A DNA stretch of 64,000 nucleotides from the NCBI RefSeq assembly GCF_964188315.1, contig NC_135656.1, positions 69,564,001 through 69,628,000 of the forward strand, given 5' to 3'. The notes below the pieces were generated by a model. That model saw only the letters and a program-made list of their open reading frames with translations, searched no databases and was not told the DNA's origin. This DNA is from Podarcis muralis (taxonomy: Eukaryota). A program made the translations under genes and the position numbers. Below are positions 47,664-61,265 of the stretch, in pieces. The stretch's first letter is position 1. Each line of letters starts with the position of its first letter.

Positions 47664-49738
47664 CAGTCCTGGGCCTTGAGTATTGGACCTGCTGAGAGGG
47701 CCCTCCCTGTCTTACCCTCTTACAAGGGGAATCCCCACCCTGTGCCTTGGGAGCGGGGGCTCCTTGTTGACTTTTATGCTGAGAAAATACTAACCTTCTG
47801 CTGGAATCCTAGGAGTGTAGTAGGATAAGGAGGTTTGTAAGCTGGCTGGAGTGCTCCTCAGAATCACTGCTTAGCATAAGGCACGATGACCTGGGCCAGC
47901 TCCAGTGCAACAGGCCGTTGAGCTACTACTGGAAAGTAACCCTAATGTGCTTGCTTGTGTGGTTCTGCAGTAGGAGTTCAGCTGCTGCAAGAGAACAGTC
48001 CCAGGCAGGCCCGGTGAGGAGAAAGAACAGCATGCTGTGCTTTTATTTCAGGATAACATGTGCTGCTCATGTTGCACAAAGGGAAGACAGAATACAGTCC
48101 TCTTCTTTGGAACTCTACTGCCTTACAGAGACTGATCCCTCTCTCTTCCCTCCATATGGCCAATAATCACTAACTATTACTATTCAAGAACTCTGGACAG
48201 GGCTCTGTCAATTAATGGGGACGGGGAATGAAATTATATTGTCATGAAGAATGGGAGCTGTGGTGTGTCATATGTTTTCTTTAACTCCGCTTGGGGAACA
48301 ACAATGGCAGTTTTGTATGGCAGCTCACTTTTACCGCTGCCTTCCTTGCAGCCAATCCCATCTTGTACTGCTGCTGTGCCAGCCTTTAGGACAGTGCTCC
48401 ATAAAATGGAGAGAAGAATACACATAACTCACCGCCTTAAGGAATAATAATTTAATAATATTCCATTGTATGGAAGTTAACACCCCTTCCACTTTGGAGG
48501 GTGGTGGGGGAGAGAGACAATCATAGATGCACATAAGTTAAAATTCCTTGCTTCAAGCACAATGCTTGCTGCCCTCCCCGACACTTCTGGTTACAAGTCA
48601 CACACAGTTAGTAAATTAAAAAACAGCAACCATCCTTGTCTGCTCCTGGATAGTACAGGCAGCCTGGTCACACAGTGAAGGGCTGGTGCCATGGGCACCT
48701 TCTGCTGGTGGAAGAGAGCAGTGCAATCAGGTTCACCCCTGCAGTAGCCCATAAAGATCAACCTAGCTCGTACTTCTCCCAACCAGAATACAATGCATGG
48801 GACAAACTCTGGCCCCCGCTATATCTGTTTTTCTTTTCTTGGAGAAGCTTGGGAGTCTATTCAGACTCATTCCTCTGGTTGTTGTGGGCTTCATCTCTGC
48901 ACTTCTGTTAGTCATGGCATAGTGTGCCTGCTGTTGCATTCACTAAGCTCCCCAGACCAAAAACTGGGCCTTGTGTCTTTGCTATGCGTAGTTAGCAGTC
49001 CCTACCTGCAAAGGAAAGGAGCTATATGCACAAAGAGCAGAGTCTAATGTTTAAGTGGACAGATGGTACAATCTTTCACTTACCAGCGCATCTGATTGCA
49101 GGTGGGAGAATGGCTTGTCAATATCTCCCTCCGTCACCAAGGCATATCAGGTGGCACAGCTGGGCAGGCTGCTGCACGATATGCCCACGTAAATATCTCA
49201 ACCAACTCTGAGCAACACACACACTTGTCAAAACAGCTGCTAAGCGCTGCAGCAAAAAACACACTTGGCTAGTGGCCAGCTGGGCTCACAGGAGCGATGT
49301 TGCCTGTGAGATCAGCTTTTACCCCATCGAGAAAAGCACCACACCAAAGGGGATGTGTCCCAGCTACAGTACGAGACAGGCTTCCTGGGGCAAATGCAGA
49401 AAAGGAGCTACAGATTCAGGCTGAGGTAGAAAACCTGAGCATGTTCAGCCCCCTTGTACATGCCCCATGGGAAAAGCCCAGTGCCTGCTGGCTTGGAGTC
49501 AATGACAGCAACAGGAAGTGTACCTAAATTCAGGGGGGTTGAAGGATATGATGTGGCCGAGGGGATGCATATGGCAGTGCCTGGCCTGCAAGAAGTGTTA
49601 TAAATTAAAAAAACACACAACTGAGCTCAGCTGTGCTGAACAGCAGCCGCCTTTGACAGAGGTGCTCTCGAAGCAAGGAGAGTCCATCTTGTGGAGAAGC
49701 TGCCTGGGCATGCGGCCCTGCCCTGCAGGGTCCAGGCA

Positions 49739-52700
49739 CTAGGAGGTGGCTGGCTTCATGTAATCATCCACACCCGTGATGGTGGCTTTGCAGAAGAAGC
49801 AGTCCTTGTTGTTCATCAGGTGCTGGTTGATGCAGGCTCTAGAAAGACAAGAGCAGGAGGCCTTGGACATTTGTTCACAGCTAGAGGCCGAGCTTTGGCC
49901 CAACAAAGTACCTAAAAGTCCCTTGCTAGGCATAAATGAGTGCAAGTGTCCTGTGCATGCAAGATAATGCCCTCTTTCCTCTTAAAATCAAATTCTACAG
50001 CTTCTCTATAAAACAAATTACACAAATTTGTTTTGGGGGCATGTGCTAAGTCATGGTAATGACTTAGAGGAATGGGAGACACTGAAGTCTTCCCCTGCCC
50101 CCAGCCAGTTTGAATCCTGATCAGCCTTCCTCATGGCTTCTAAGATTTATTTACAAATGGCACACTTTATCAACCAAACTTTGCAGCCCAAAAGGTTAAA
50201 ATGCTAGCTTTAAAAAAACACAAATCAGTTGAATCTGCATGCGCAGTGCAATCACAGCCTTGCGTATGGGAGAGCTGGCCTAAGTAGCTATTCAGAAGCA
50301 TCATGCTGCTGTGTCTTTCCATTAGGGCAACAAGTGAAAAGGAGATTTCAGCTAGGAAGCTTCAGAGAATTCAAATGGCAAAATCCGTTAATTAAATCTC
50401 AAGCTATGGTCTGGGGCACCTTCTAGGATCCCTTCCATCCAACCAGGAAGCAAAAGTAGAGAAAAGCCCACATCCCCCAAGGGATTACTCACTTGCAGGA
50501 CTTGTGGGAGCATGGCTTGAATACGGCAGATATGGGATGCGCGTAGCAGATGGGGCACAGGTCCTCCTCACTGGTGGGCTGCAAAAGAAGCAACACATCC
50601 ACTCAGTTTATTGGCAGTTGCCAACACCCAGCCCACATCATGGTGTGATGCAAGGCGTCACATGGCAGAAGAACAGCAGCTCATTAACAGTTAATAACAT
50701 AAAGGTTCTGCGCTAGACGCTGAAACTGAAATGGCTGGTTGGCTTTGTACATTTCATGCCAGGGCTTACTTAAGACACATGCTCCAAATGTTAGATCAGA
50801 ACCACTTGTGTTGCTTTGCTCCATGCAGCAACTCTCTAAGAGTGTTGCCAGTGAGGTAGGAGGGGAAATGGTTCCAGGAAGATTCCACTATCAGCTATGA
50901 GGGCTCTACTCTCTCAGAAGGGCTACATGAACTGGAGGGCTACCTCTACCTCCATGGCCAAGAAAAGAGGAGAAAACAGGAATTCTAGCCTCCTGTGTCC
51001 TGTTCTTCACAGGGCAGTGTCCACCTTTGATTGCTCCTCTTCATGGCCTGATTAGGCCCTGGATGTCTAGAGGGGAGTGTGATAGGTCTGTCTCGCTCTT
51101 GGTGCAAAATGTTATAGGAACATGAGCGGATGAACCTCTCTCCCACTGCCACTGGGATGTGAAGCCCTGGCCTGTGGAGTGAAGTCCACGTTTCCTTGCT
51201 AACTATGCTCTGTAATCAGGGGAAGGGTGTTTTTAAAAAGTAAGCTATTAATTTTATTTCCTCTTCTTTTAAATGTAACGTCTTTCCCTGGGGAGTTCTA
51301 TAAAAATGCTGATGACCGTAGGGATAGCACTCCTTTGGGTATTATGGGGACTCCTTCTCCCGGATGATGTCATAATGGAAGGGAGGGCCTTGTCTGTCCA
51401 AGAGGTGAGGGAATCCCAGTGAGCAGACTGCTGCCACTAGGGGGAGAAAGTGAGATTTTTAAAAAGTTTTGAAAAGATAACAATATAAATTATCTCTTAT
51501 GAATTTTCCCCTTGGAGCACGGACCATGAGCGCTGCCTGTAAAGACCACCGTTAAGTGCACCTATACATATCCTGCTATCTTTCAATATAATTTTGGGAG
51601 AGCTAATAATCTCAGCAGCGGAAGCAGTAGTAAAGAATATACGGGGCTAGTCAACTTCTCTGCACTCGTCTCCCTGTGCAAAGAATGCAGAGAGTTCAGC
51701 TTAGCTTGAGGTTCTTAATGAAGGTTTGCTTCCTGCCCCGGGGTTGGCCTAGGCTAAGAGCATGAGTTCCTACTGAACCCAGGGACAGTGTGTTCCCATC
51801 CCATCAGCTGTCTCTCCCACCCCACCCCACCCACACCCTGTCCTCCTGCAGCAGCCTTTATGCAGCTCCAAACTGCAGCTGGAAGATGAGCAGCCACATT
51901 AATAATTCAGATCCTACCCCTGGCAGAGATCAGGTTGCTTCCTGGATCACAGCTTCTCTCTGGAGGTCACCCAGACAGAGCAACACACGCGGGGGCTGCT
52001 TCAGCAGCCGGAGTCCATCTGGGTAGCTTCTGTGCTGCTTAAGCTCCTCCTCCCTCCATGCCCATCCAGTCCATTTTTTTTTCAACAAAGAAACCCAGTT
52101 CTGTGTCTTCAATTTCGCAAATTCATCTTGAACAGCTTATTCTGCTTCCAAGGTTCAGAATTTCAAAAGAAATTGGAATTGTTTGGGCAAAGATTTGGGT
52201 TGGGTAGGGGGTAGGGGAGGGAGAATGGAGCTCTCAGGCCTCACTTCCCTGAAGACAGTGGAACTCCTTCCCACTGGGATATCTGTTTGGCTGCTGGGTG
52301 TTTGCAGATTACAAATGGTGAAGAACACAGAACAAGCATATTTCAGTGGTCATAAGTAAGTGCTGTACTCAGCGACCTTGTCAAGTGAGCACATAGCACA
52401 GGAATTTTGACTCTCATATTCATTCTATGTTCTACTACTGCTGGGCTGGCTAAACCCTGGTTTAGGGGCCTGATCTGACCCCTCAGTCAGTTTTTGTCTG
52501 ACTCCCCACCACCAATTTTGGCAGTGCCAGAAAAAGGGGGAAAACAGTGAAGTACACTCGGTAGGAGGTAGGTGGGCTTCAGAGCCTTCGATGTTCCCCC
52601 TTCCTAGTTATCAGGCTGATCATTTGATGGGGGAGGATAATAACCCAATTTCCTCGGCTGATCAGCATGGATCAGCTGGGAAGGGGGGGGCGCTATGTGC

Positions 52701-55700
52701 CTCTTGAGTGTGTTATGTATGTGTGCATGAAAGTGGTTAGGGTGGGCACCCCCACAACTGGCATGTAAACCTCAGAGGAGGGGCCAAGGATGAATGTGAC
52801 TCTCAGCCCAAAAAAAGAAAGCCACCCCTGCTTAATGAAGTTAAGGATATTATTAGCTTAGTAAGTGTGCATTAGCACCTGTGCATATGTATGCTACGCA
52901 TCTACCTGTGCCCGTTCTCAGATCCTGCTCCCACAGGAAAACACACTGTCCTTACAGCTGGCTAAGAACTAGCCCTAAAGGAGGGGTGGTTATGAGGGTG
53001 ATGCCAATATATTGTTGGACTCCCAATGGTCAGCAATGATGAGAGCTGGAGTCCAGGAGCAGCTGGAGGGCACCACATTGGCTATTGCTGCCCTACAACA
53101 TTAGAGGTCAGCATCAACCTTTGCCATGGAACGTGGACACTTACCCTATATGGTTTTAACATGTCCAAGCCAAACCAGGTACCCAAGAAACAGAGACACC
53201 CAATGTTGCCAAGCAAGGTCAGTAATGACCCTTGTATCTGCAGGACCTTGTGAATGCTGCGCCTTCGCTTACCTCAGGCAATGCAGCAAGGGCCAGACCT
53301 TGATCTTTTGCCTCGGCTGAGGTCCTGCAAGGGGTGGTGCTATGGAGGGTGCCTTGGGCAAGTGGCCACACACATTCAGTTCATTAGGTGGAAGCTTACC
53401 AAGGTGGAGGCTGCAGCCTGCTTGGACTCTTCGCTGAGGTGGCCCAGCATTTGCTCCACCTTGGCCAGCTCTTCCTGGCTGATGTAATCAGTGTCTGCAG
53501 AGAAAAAGAGAGATTAATGATAAAGGAAGGACAAGTGGCAGCAGAGCGGGGTGTGTGGGGGAGCTTGCCCCGGATTTCTTTCTTCAGCCCCATCCCACCA
53601 ATGACTGGTTGGGAGGGATTAAAATGAAGCTGTGGTGGAGGTCTTTGGCCACATGGTGGCAGAGCCCAGCATGAGCTGATCTGTTAACCAAGTGAGGTGC
53701 AAAGAGGTGAGGCACCTTGTTCTCAGTGTTATCACAGGACAGAGGAAAACGGCTTTGCGCAGTAGTGATCTATGGGGCAGGAACAAGGGTAGAGTTCTCA
53801 AAAGCCACCAGATGACAGCATGCATGGAAAGCAGCATGCAGGGATAGCTTCCCTGGGCCACAACTCTTGCTACAATTAGACAACCCAGAGATTTAGAGTG
53901 CTGAAGAGAAAGACTGGTCTATGTTTTAAAATATGCAAGCTTTGAGAGCCCCATAGACCATGCGATCAAAGATGACCAAGTCCTCAAGACGATGCCAAGG
54001 AAATGGATGTTAAATATTGCATCCGGAGTGGCAAGGTATCCATGAAAGGGGTGAAAACTCTTCAGTTGTCACAAGGCAATCAAAGCTTCCTATCTGAGCA
54101 ACTCATGAGGGGGAACATGGGAGTGATCCTACAAAGGTTAAGCAACATTATTGTCAGTGCCATTAAGGGCTCTGACTATAATATGTGAGAAAGATCTTCT
54201 GATGCATGCATGCTCCTGCATACACACACACACACCCTCCACCTCTCTCTCCACCCCTCACATTTCTGATAAGCACGTGTTTGTTCTGGGGGAGCCTTCA
54301 TAAGAAGAGCTCTGCCGGATCAGGCCGATGGCCCATGTAGTCCACCCACGGTGAACTACCAGATGTGAGAAACCCACAAACAGGATTGAACACAAGAGCA
54401 CCTCCCCCTCCTGCAGTTTCCAGCAACTGGTATTCAGAAGTATTACTGCCTCTGACCTCTCCCTCTGCCCCTTTGGTTTCCTTAGGCCTCTGGGATTTGA
54501 CACAGCAAAGCGCCTGCGAGAACTAGCATAGTTTTCCTTACTGGGTAGAGCAGGAAAAAATGGTTGGCAGAGAAGGCACAGGGCAACTTTGGCCATGCCC
54601 ATACACCCGAGTCTATGAAGCAACCTTCACAAGCGGATCTAATATTTGCAAAGACTGCCTATGGCAGAGAATATCAGCCGCTGGGCCAGCTCAGTATCAG
54701 CATAGGTGGTGCTGCTGGCAGATACACAAGTACATGCATTTTTGGAATCGGGCTTTTAGACAGACACTCTCTGATGGGTGGGGCGGGAACAGTCCCTCCG
54801 CAGCCCAGAAATAGGATGGGAACACAAGCACTTTGCTGTAGGTTAAGGGAATTCAGAGCGAGGCAAGAGGGTGCAACAGTAGGTAATGCTACTGGGAGGG
54901 GCAGGGACTCAGCATGCTCCATTCTGGGAAACAATTAACAGTGCCTCTTTAAGATATAATGCACAGTGCATTGCGGAAAACAAAAGAGAATCTGCCTGTG
55001 GTGTCCTCTGCAGGCTACTGCCTTCCCTCTAGCACACGTTTTCACACTATCAGCAGGAAAAGGGAACCTGCAGTTGGCAGGCAGGGAAGTCCCACTTAAT
55101 AATGACATTAGCGGGAAGGAAAGGACAGTGGTTATATTCCCTGCAGACTCGAATACAGCAGCAACCACCCCAAGGCACAGCCTTGTTCCATGTGAGGCAT
55201 CCCCTGAGCTTTAGGATTCCCAGTTAACAGTAAACCCAGAGCACTTTCTAATATTACTTTCCTTTTTTGTTTTACAGCAGAGGATCATCATCAACCTTCC
55301 ATAGTACTGCTTCAAATTTTTCCCAAGCACTCAACAGTGAGCATATTTGGACATGGTAGAGTAATTGTCATTACCCCGTTCCATTTCTCTTGGATGTAGC
55401 TTTCCTGGGCTCAGCAGACATTCACAAGGGAAGAAACCAGAGGTCATACTTGAGCTAAGATCTGGTTTATCATATTGGCTAAATGGCCTCTCTAAGATGC
55501 CTTAGTTCTGTAAAAACCTGGAAGTGTATGCTTTTTATCAAGGCTGGACCAAGACGTTTTGTTGCCTGAGGTCTGAAGGACAAGATGGCACCCTCCTTCC
55601 CATGCCATGTATAAAATCCAACCAGACTGGCAACTGAATCTTAGTTCAACAGTAACCATGGGGTCCTCCACTGCACCCAAGGACAGCAGCCTAGCACAGT

Positions 55701-58027
55701 GGGTGTAGGGCAGATTGCACGGCAATCACACAGGGCCAGTCCTATTATTAGGCAGAGTGCAACAGCCACCTTAGGCAGCAGATGCTGCATAAGCAACATC
55801 CCCTGGCCAGTCCTCCAGTGTCCTTTTGGCAGCTCCCCACCTTGGGAGGACAGAGCTGCGTGTGCCGTGTGGCCTGTCTTGCACCTTCCTAAGTTAGCTT
55901 GCTGCCTTCAGGTGCTGAAATATGCTATCCCATCACAAGTGCTGATGCAGCTTGCAGTCCAGTCAACTTCTGTGCATGGAATGGTGAGGGAGGGGAGAGG
56001 CCATCATCTAGTCATTTGCCTCAGGCAGCAAATTATCTTGAGCAGGCCCTGTACACAACAGCTCTGCCCTTTAGCACTTTGCTGTTGTTTCCTATCCCAC
56101 AGTATCTGTCTCACTCTGCCTAATGGTAGGGCTGGCCCTGGTTTGCATGCATTCGCAGCTGGAGAACAAAAACTGGAAATGCCTCCCCCCCCCCCCCCCC
56201 CCGCGCAAGCCTGATGCAAGGAGGCCTTCAGCCAGCCTTTCATAGAGAGAGTGAGATAAATCATAATGGCCACAATTCAGCGGAGGTTAAAAGAAAGAGA
56301 AAGCTTTGCTGCCTGCTGCAGTAATCTTCCACAGTTCTCAATCACTTCAGCAGCTCTGCACCACTACCCCAATCACATAATGCCTTATTTCGTCATCAGC
56401 TCAAGATCTCCATGGAACTAACAGTTTCTAGAGGTTGTGTAAATAAAGCCTGCACTATTCCTTAGGGATCACGGTTTCCTCCATCTCAGCGCTCCAATTG
56501 CTTTCCTCTATCTCAGCAAACTTCAAGGGCATGGGCAGAGCCAAGGACAGGAGCTTGGTTCTCTCTCTCTCTCTCCAGCTGGACACACATTTCTTTTAAG
56601 AGATGGCATGTGGCAGTTTGGTATGCAAATGCATACATAACAGTACGTATTTTTTCGCTATAGAATTTTTTTTGCTGCTATCCTACTCAGCGAATAGGAT
56701 TGGATCCTTAAAATGGGCTGTGGGGCAATGTTAAGTGAAAATAAAATAAGAAAAGATGCAAACTACTTCTTCTCTGAAAACACACACACACACACAGTGG
56801 GGCGGATGCACAGTGTGGGTACTCTACACAGCCACGACTGGTCCCTCCGGGGAACCATAAGCAGTGCCATGTGCTTCTCTGCTGTGCCACAGGACAGGAG
56901 GCCTGAGCAGCTGAAGAATAAGCTGCCTCTGTTGCTGGCATTGCTGATGCAGGAATCTGCCTTCTATTGAGGCAGGCCCTTGAGTCAATCCAGCCTCGTA
57001 TAGTTTACTATTCTAACTGGCAGCAGCTCTAGGGGGTCTTGGGCAAAACTCTTTCACATCCCTTTTTACCTGATCCTTTTACCTGGAAATGTAAGAAGGC
57101 TGAACCCAGGACCTCCCTGCATGCAAATCCTGGGCCCTACCACTGGGCATCCCACAAGTCCACATTGCTCTGCTAAACCCCCCTGCACCTGCTCTCTGCA
57201 CGGAGCTACAGTCAGCTCACCACCCAATTTGTGACTTATCTTGTTTTATTGTGTTGTGTTGTGTCCTATCTTGTTTTATTGTGTTGTTATTTTACAGCAG
57301 ATGCATTTTAAAGTGTGGCTTTATTTTTCCATGTGGCTTTATGGAAAAGCAGCCTTGAATATTTCTTAGAAGAGAGGCTAATGAACTTACATATATGTAT
57401 ATACACCTTTCCCCCCCCTTTTAAAACCTATTCTTTTGCCTGAATTCTTAGCTGATCCTTCTTAGGAAACGTAAGAAGGGCCCTGATGGATCAGGCCAGT
57501 GGGCTAATCTAGTTCAGCATCCTATTCTCAGAGTAGGAAACCATATGCCTGTGGAAACAGGATGGAACAGTTGTTGCTGTTGCTGTTGGAGAGCAGAGGC
57601 ACAGCAAGAGGAAAACGGAGTTATTCCCATGTTGTTGCCACAGGGCAAATATATTTGGTGGCCTCAAATACACAAAGCATCTGTGAAAAGCAGGGACAGG
57701 CAAGGAGGGAGGAGACACAAGACAGCTGTTTACAGGCTCTGTAGCGGAGATCTCAGTGATCACCCTTTCTACAAAAGGCACCTAGGAGTTACCCAAATGG
57801 CAAAGTGGCAGGCAACAAGGAGCCATGCAGGAACAAGCAACTTATGGCGTATGTTAAGCACAGAAAATCAGGGGAGATACTTACAGCTCTGCAGGGAGAA
57901 ATGTTTCTTGTCAGCAGAAGCTGATGCCATCCCCAGGACTAGAGGCTCCGTGTTCCCCAACAAGTACTGAATAGAACGGAGCTGGAAACAGGGATCTGCC
58001 AGCAGCACAGCTGTTGCCCGCTCAGCC
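49739..58027 (-). CDS. RNF123: E3 ubiquitin ligase RNF123 (KPC1), last four coding exons including the RING; 5'-partial
   Basis: Exons 57885-58027 ([24 protein letters not shown]...HFSLQSY), 53400-53494 ([19 protein letters not shown]), 50493-50578 ([29 protein letters not shown]), 49739-49838 ([20 protein letters not shown]...*). Phases are consistent. Confidence 0.96.
51432..51447 (+). promoter_or_regulatory. Candidate CTCF site in an RNF123 intron
   Basis: TGCCACTAGGGGGAGA resembles the CCASYAGRKGGC core with one mismatch. Confidence 0.4.
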
Positions 58028-60877
58028 CTGGAAAGACAGACAGACATGCTTTATGAAGGCCTTGTCTTGGAGTGGCAGCACACCTCGCTGCTCTCAGCAA
58101 TCCCTGTGTGACATGGCAATGTTTGCGTTCATGAGAACTGGCACCTCTAAGAGTAAAGGACACACTCTCTGGTCTTTAGAGCAATATTGCTTCATTAATA
58201 TTGTTGTCAGACCTCCTGCCCCGAGGCCATCACAGGCTGCTCCCGTTGCTCACTGGTGGCCTAGCACAGCAATGGATGGTGCAGACCCAATGGCAATGGG
58301 AGAGGAAAAGGCAGGAAGTCAGAAAATGGGCCCATATGGTGCCTCCTAAGGGTCAGGCTGCTTTATAAAGACATCTGGAACTCCCTCTTGGCCAGAGTTG
58401 GTGGTCTCAAAGTGTAGGACATCTTGACAGGTCCACCTGACTTAACATCGTATGCGTTATTTTCTAGGTTGATGAGGCTTCATAAAATGGTGACTGCTTA
58501 ATTCCAGAGGCTGGTCCCTCAGAAGCCAATGGCTTTTGTATAGACACGCAGCACAGCTTAACGAGCACCAAATTTTCCAGCCACCTTGGTGTACAAGTTG
58601 CACACAATCAGAGGGCAAATGTCTCCAAAAAGCAACAGCATCCTGGCAAATTAAATAGGTCTTGAACAGCAGAAATTGCATTCTTCATTTGACTGATATT
58701 CAACTCAAGAGCAAGAGGCAGCTGTTTAGCAACTAGATTGACTGACATACTGCATTTGCTATATGCTGCAGCCTGGAAGAACAGGAATGGGTGCAGGCGG
58801 GGGGAGGAAATGTCACCATGAATTGTCTTGACTAGGAAGCAGAACCTCCATACATTTTAAGCACCTCTTTCAGCCATTTGTTGGGTCAGGTTCAACAAAC
58901 ACGTCCTACTAGTGGAAGCCTGAGCAAAGGCTGGTTCTCTTCCCAGCATGCACCCCCAAATTGGCTTGGGGGGGGGTCAGAAGAACCCCCATAACAGGGG
59001 GTGGAGGGGAGATTGTTCTACCAGAAAAGCAGAACTGCTTGCACTGATGGAATGATCTCCTTATCACTATGTTGAATTCCTCCTACTATCTCTGTTATGA
59101 GGGATATGATTAGGATTTATTTTCATGCTGACGCCAGGTTGTCTGTTTATAAACAAGCACATTTGAGAGGAGAGAAAGCGGCTGTCCTGAAGGAGCAAAA
59201 TAATTAAAAACAAATTCTCAGGCATTTAAAGTTATACTTTATGAATTCCACCATTAAAAAAACCAACCCTCAGTCTGAAAAAGGATTTTTATTTATTTAT
59301 TTATTTATTTAATTCATACACTGCCCTTCATCACAGGATCACAGGATGCTTTACACTACAGCATAAAAACACACAATTTTAAAAAACAAACAAACGAAAG
59401 AATAACTTCCCTCACCACATTTGTTATCTTGTTGCCATAAACACTTGATCATGTTGAGAGTCCAGTTGCTGTAATGATTCAAGAAGGCTCTTATCTACAC
59501 TGACTACTAATTATGAATTTAAAGTAATGACTATGACACCTTATTTACACTGGATCAGCTGTGATGTATTATTTCTCACTAATTAGTTGGGGTTTCTGCT
59601 ACATTCTTGCAGCCATTTTGACTTACCACTCACCAAATACATGTAGAATTGCAGCTTAATAATATAATCTTTTATCAAAATGACCATTCAGAACTTTTAA
59701 TTACTTCCTCCTACTCTTTCCATTCAAAGAAGATTAAATATGGTAAGAACTGTCTTAACAGGTGAACACAATAGCTGGATTAAGAAGTCTTACAGAATAC
59801 TTAAACCCTCAAATTTCATGATGGTACACGAAATGTTATGTTCATGATGGAACATATCATTTGCAACAGGAGTTATGTTTCTGCCAGTTTTTTACATAAA
59901 CACACACACACTCACAAAGATTAATTTCTTGTGATTAGCTTTTTTTGTTCCTTGTTGGTCTTCTTCTTCTTATAGATTTGTATTATTACAATAAGAATTT
60001 AATAAAAATTACTTGTTAAAAAGCTCGATTTTTCATGTTCCCTAACTGAAAGCAAACCTTTGTTCATCACAAAGCATTAGAAGATATGTCTCATTACTTG
60101 TAGCTCCCACAATCAGCAAATGAAGCAGTCACAACAAGACAAGCGGGCCAATAGTACAAAGAACTGAAGAGATGAAATTTATGGGAAGTATTATGCAGCC
60201 CTGCACAGAACTATTAAAACAGCTACCAACCTCATAAGAGAGAAATGTGAGAACATAAAAGTGGAATCTCAAATGATTAAAATCAGAAGGCACAATTGCC
60301 CTCCTCACGTGTGCCTCCATGCATACACATAAAGGGAGATGGTGCTGTGTTCTCCTATCCCTGCCCCTGATGTTGCTATACCTCTGACACTTGCACATTG
60401 AGTGGGATTCTGCAAAGGCACACCTATGCATGTACATGGAAAGGCATTTTATGTGAGGACACCTCGACCATGCAGGGGTCCTTGTCATCTCAATTGTCTA
60501 TTTGCATACAATTGTACAATACCCTTTTCTGGTGTCCCACTCAATGCCCAGATTTCAGATATGCAGCAACATCCTGGCCCTGCCTTTCTCCTGCCCTCCA
60601 TTTTTAGTGAATATGTACGGTTCAATGCTAAGCACATGGCAGCCAGAAGCAGAATGGGCAGCGTTTCCTGGTAATCCAGTATAAACTCTTGGAGCTATTG
60701 TGATAATTTGAAAGCATGAACTGCGCTAGCACTGTACAGAGAAACACACTGGGCCCTTCCTACCCTCAACATACCAAATAGCAGAATTAAAGTCACATAA
60801 TTTCCTGAAGTCCACTGATTTGAAACTGGGGTTTACGGGACACTGTGCTGATGCACTTTTGGAGTGGTTCACACTCT

Positions 60878-61265
60878 TTGAGGAGATTTCACCCCTCCCA
60901 TATCCAAGAATCTCCTGATGAGTCTGGTGATTTTCCAGAGAGGAGGGGCAGTGTTCTGCTCTCTACTTATTCTGCTCCAGCACCACATCAAAGAGTCAGT
61001 CAGTCAGTGTGTCGGAGAGAGAGAGACTGAGTGTTAGAGATCGTGTGTAGAGATAAGGTTGCTGCTAAGAGCAGCTGCAGACACTCAGTGCAGTTTAGCA
61101 TTCATTTATGCTTAGACCTCATTTAGCTCTGTATATAGTTGTGTATTATAGTTGTAGATAGAATAAAGAAGATATTCTACAGAGCTGCTCTCCGAGTCGT
61201 TTATGCTCTGCTATACTCTGCTGTGCGACGACTGTCTTCTTGTTGGAGTGAATCCGGTGCTCACA
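60878..61265 (+). mobile_element. Solo LTR (Gypsy/BEL/ERV-like)
   Basis: 5-bp TSD ACTCT (60873-60877, 61266-61270). Ends TTGAG.../...CTCACA, an inverted TGTGAG with one G lost. AATAAA near 61161 is followed by a U5-like segment. Confidence 0.7.

Noticed and set aside
52441-52830. Possible hAT element ending ...CACCCCTG
   Set aside because: I could not find a matching TSD or a clean left TIR.
55699-56214. 171-aa plus-strand ORF considered as AMIGO3
   Set aside because: No signal peptide, LRR or Ig pattern; GTG start; it ends in a poly-C run.
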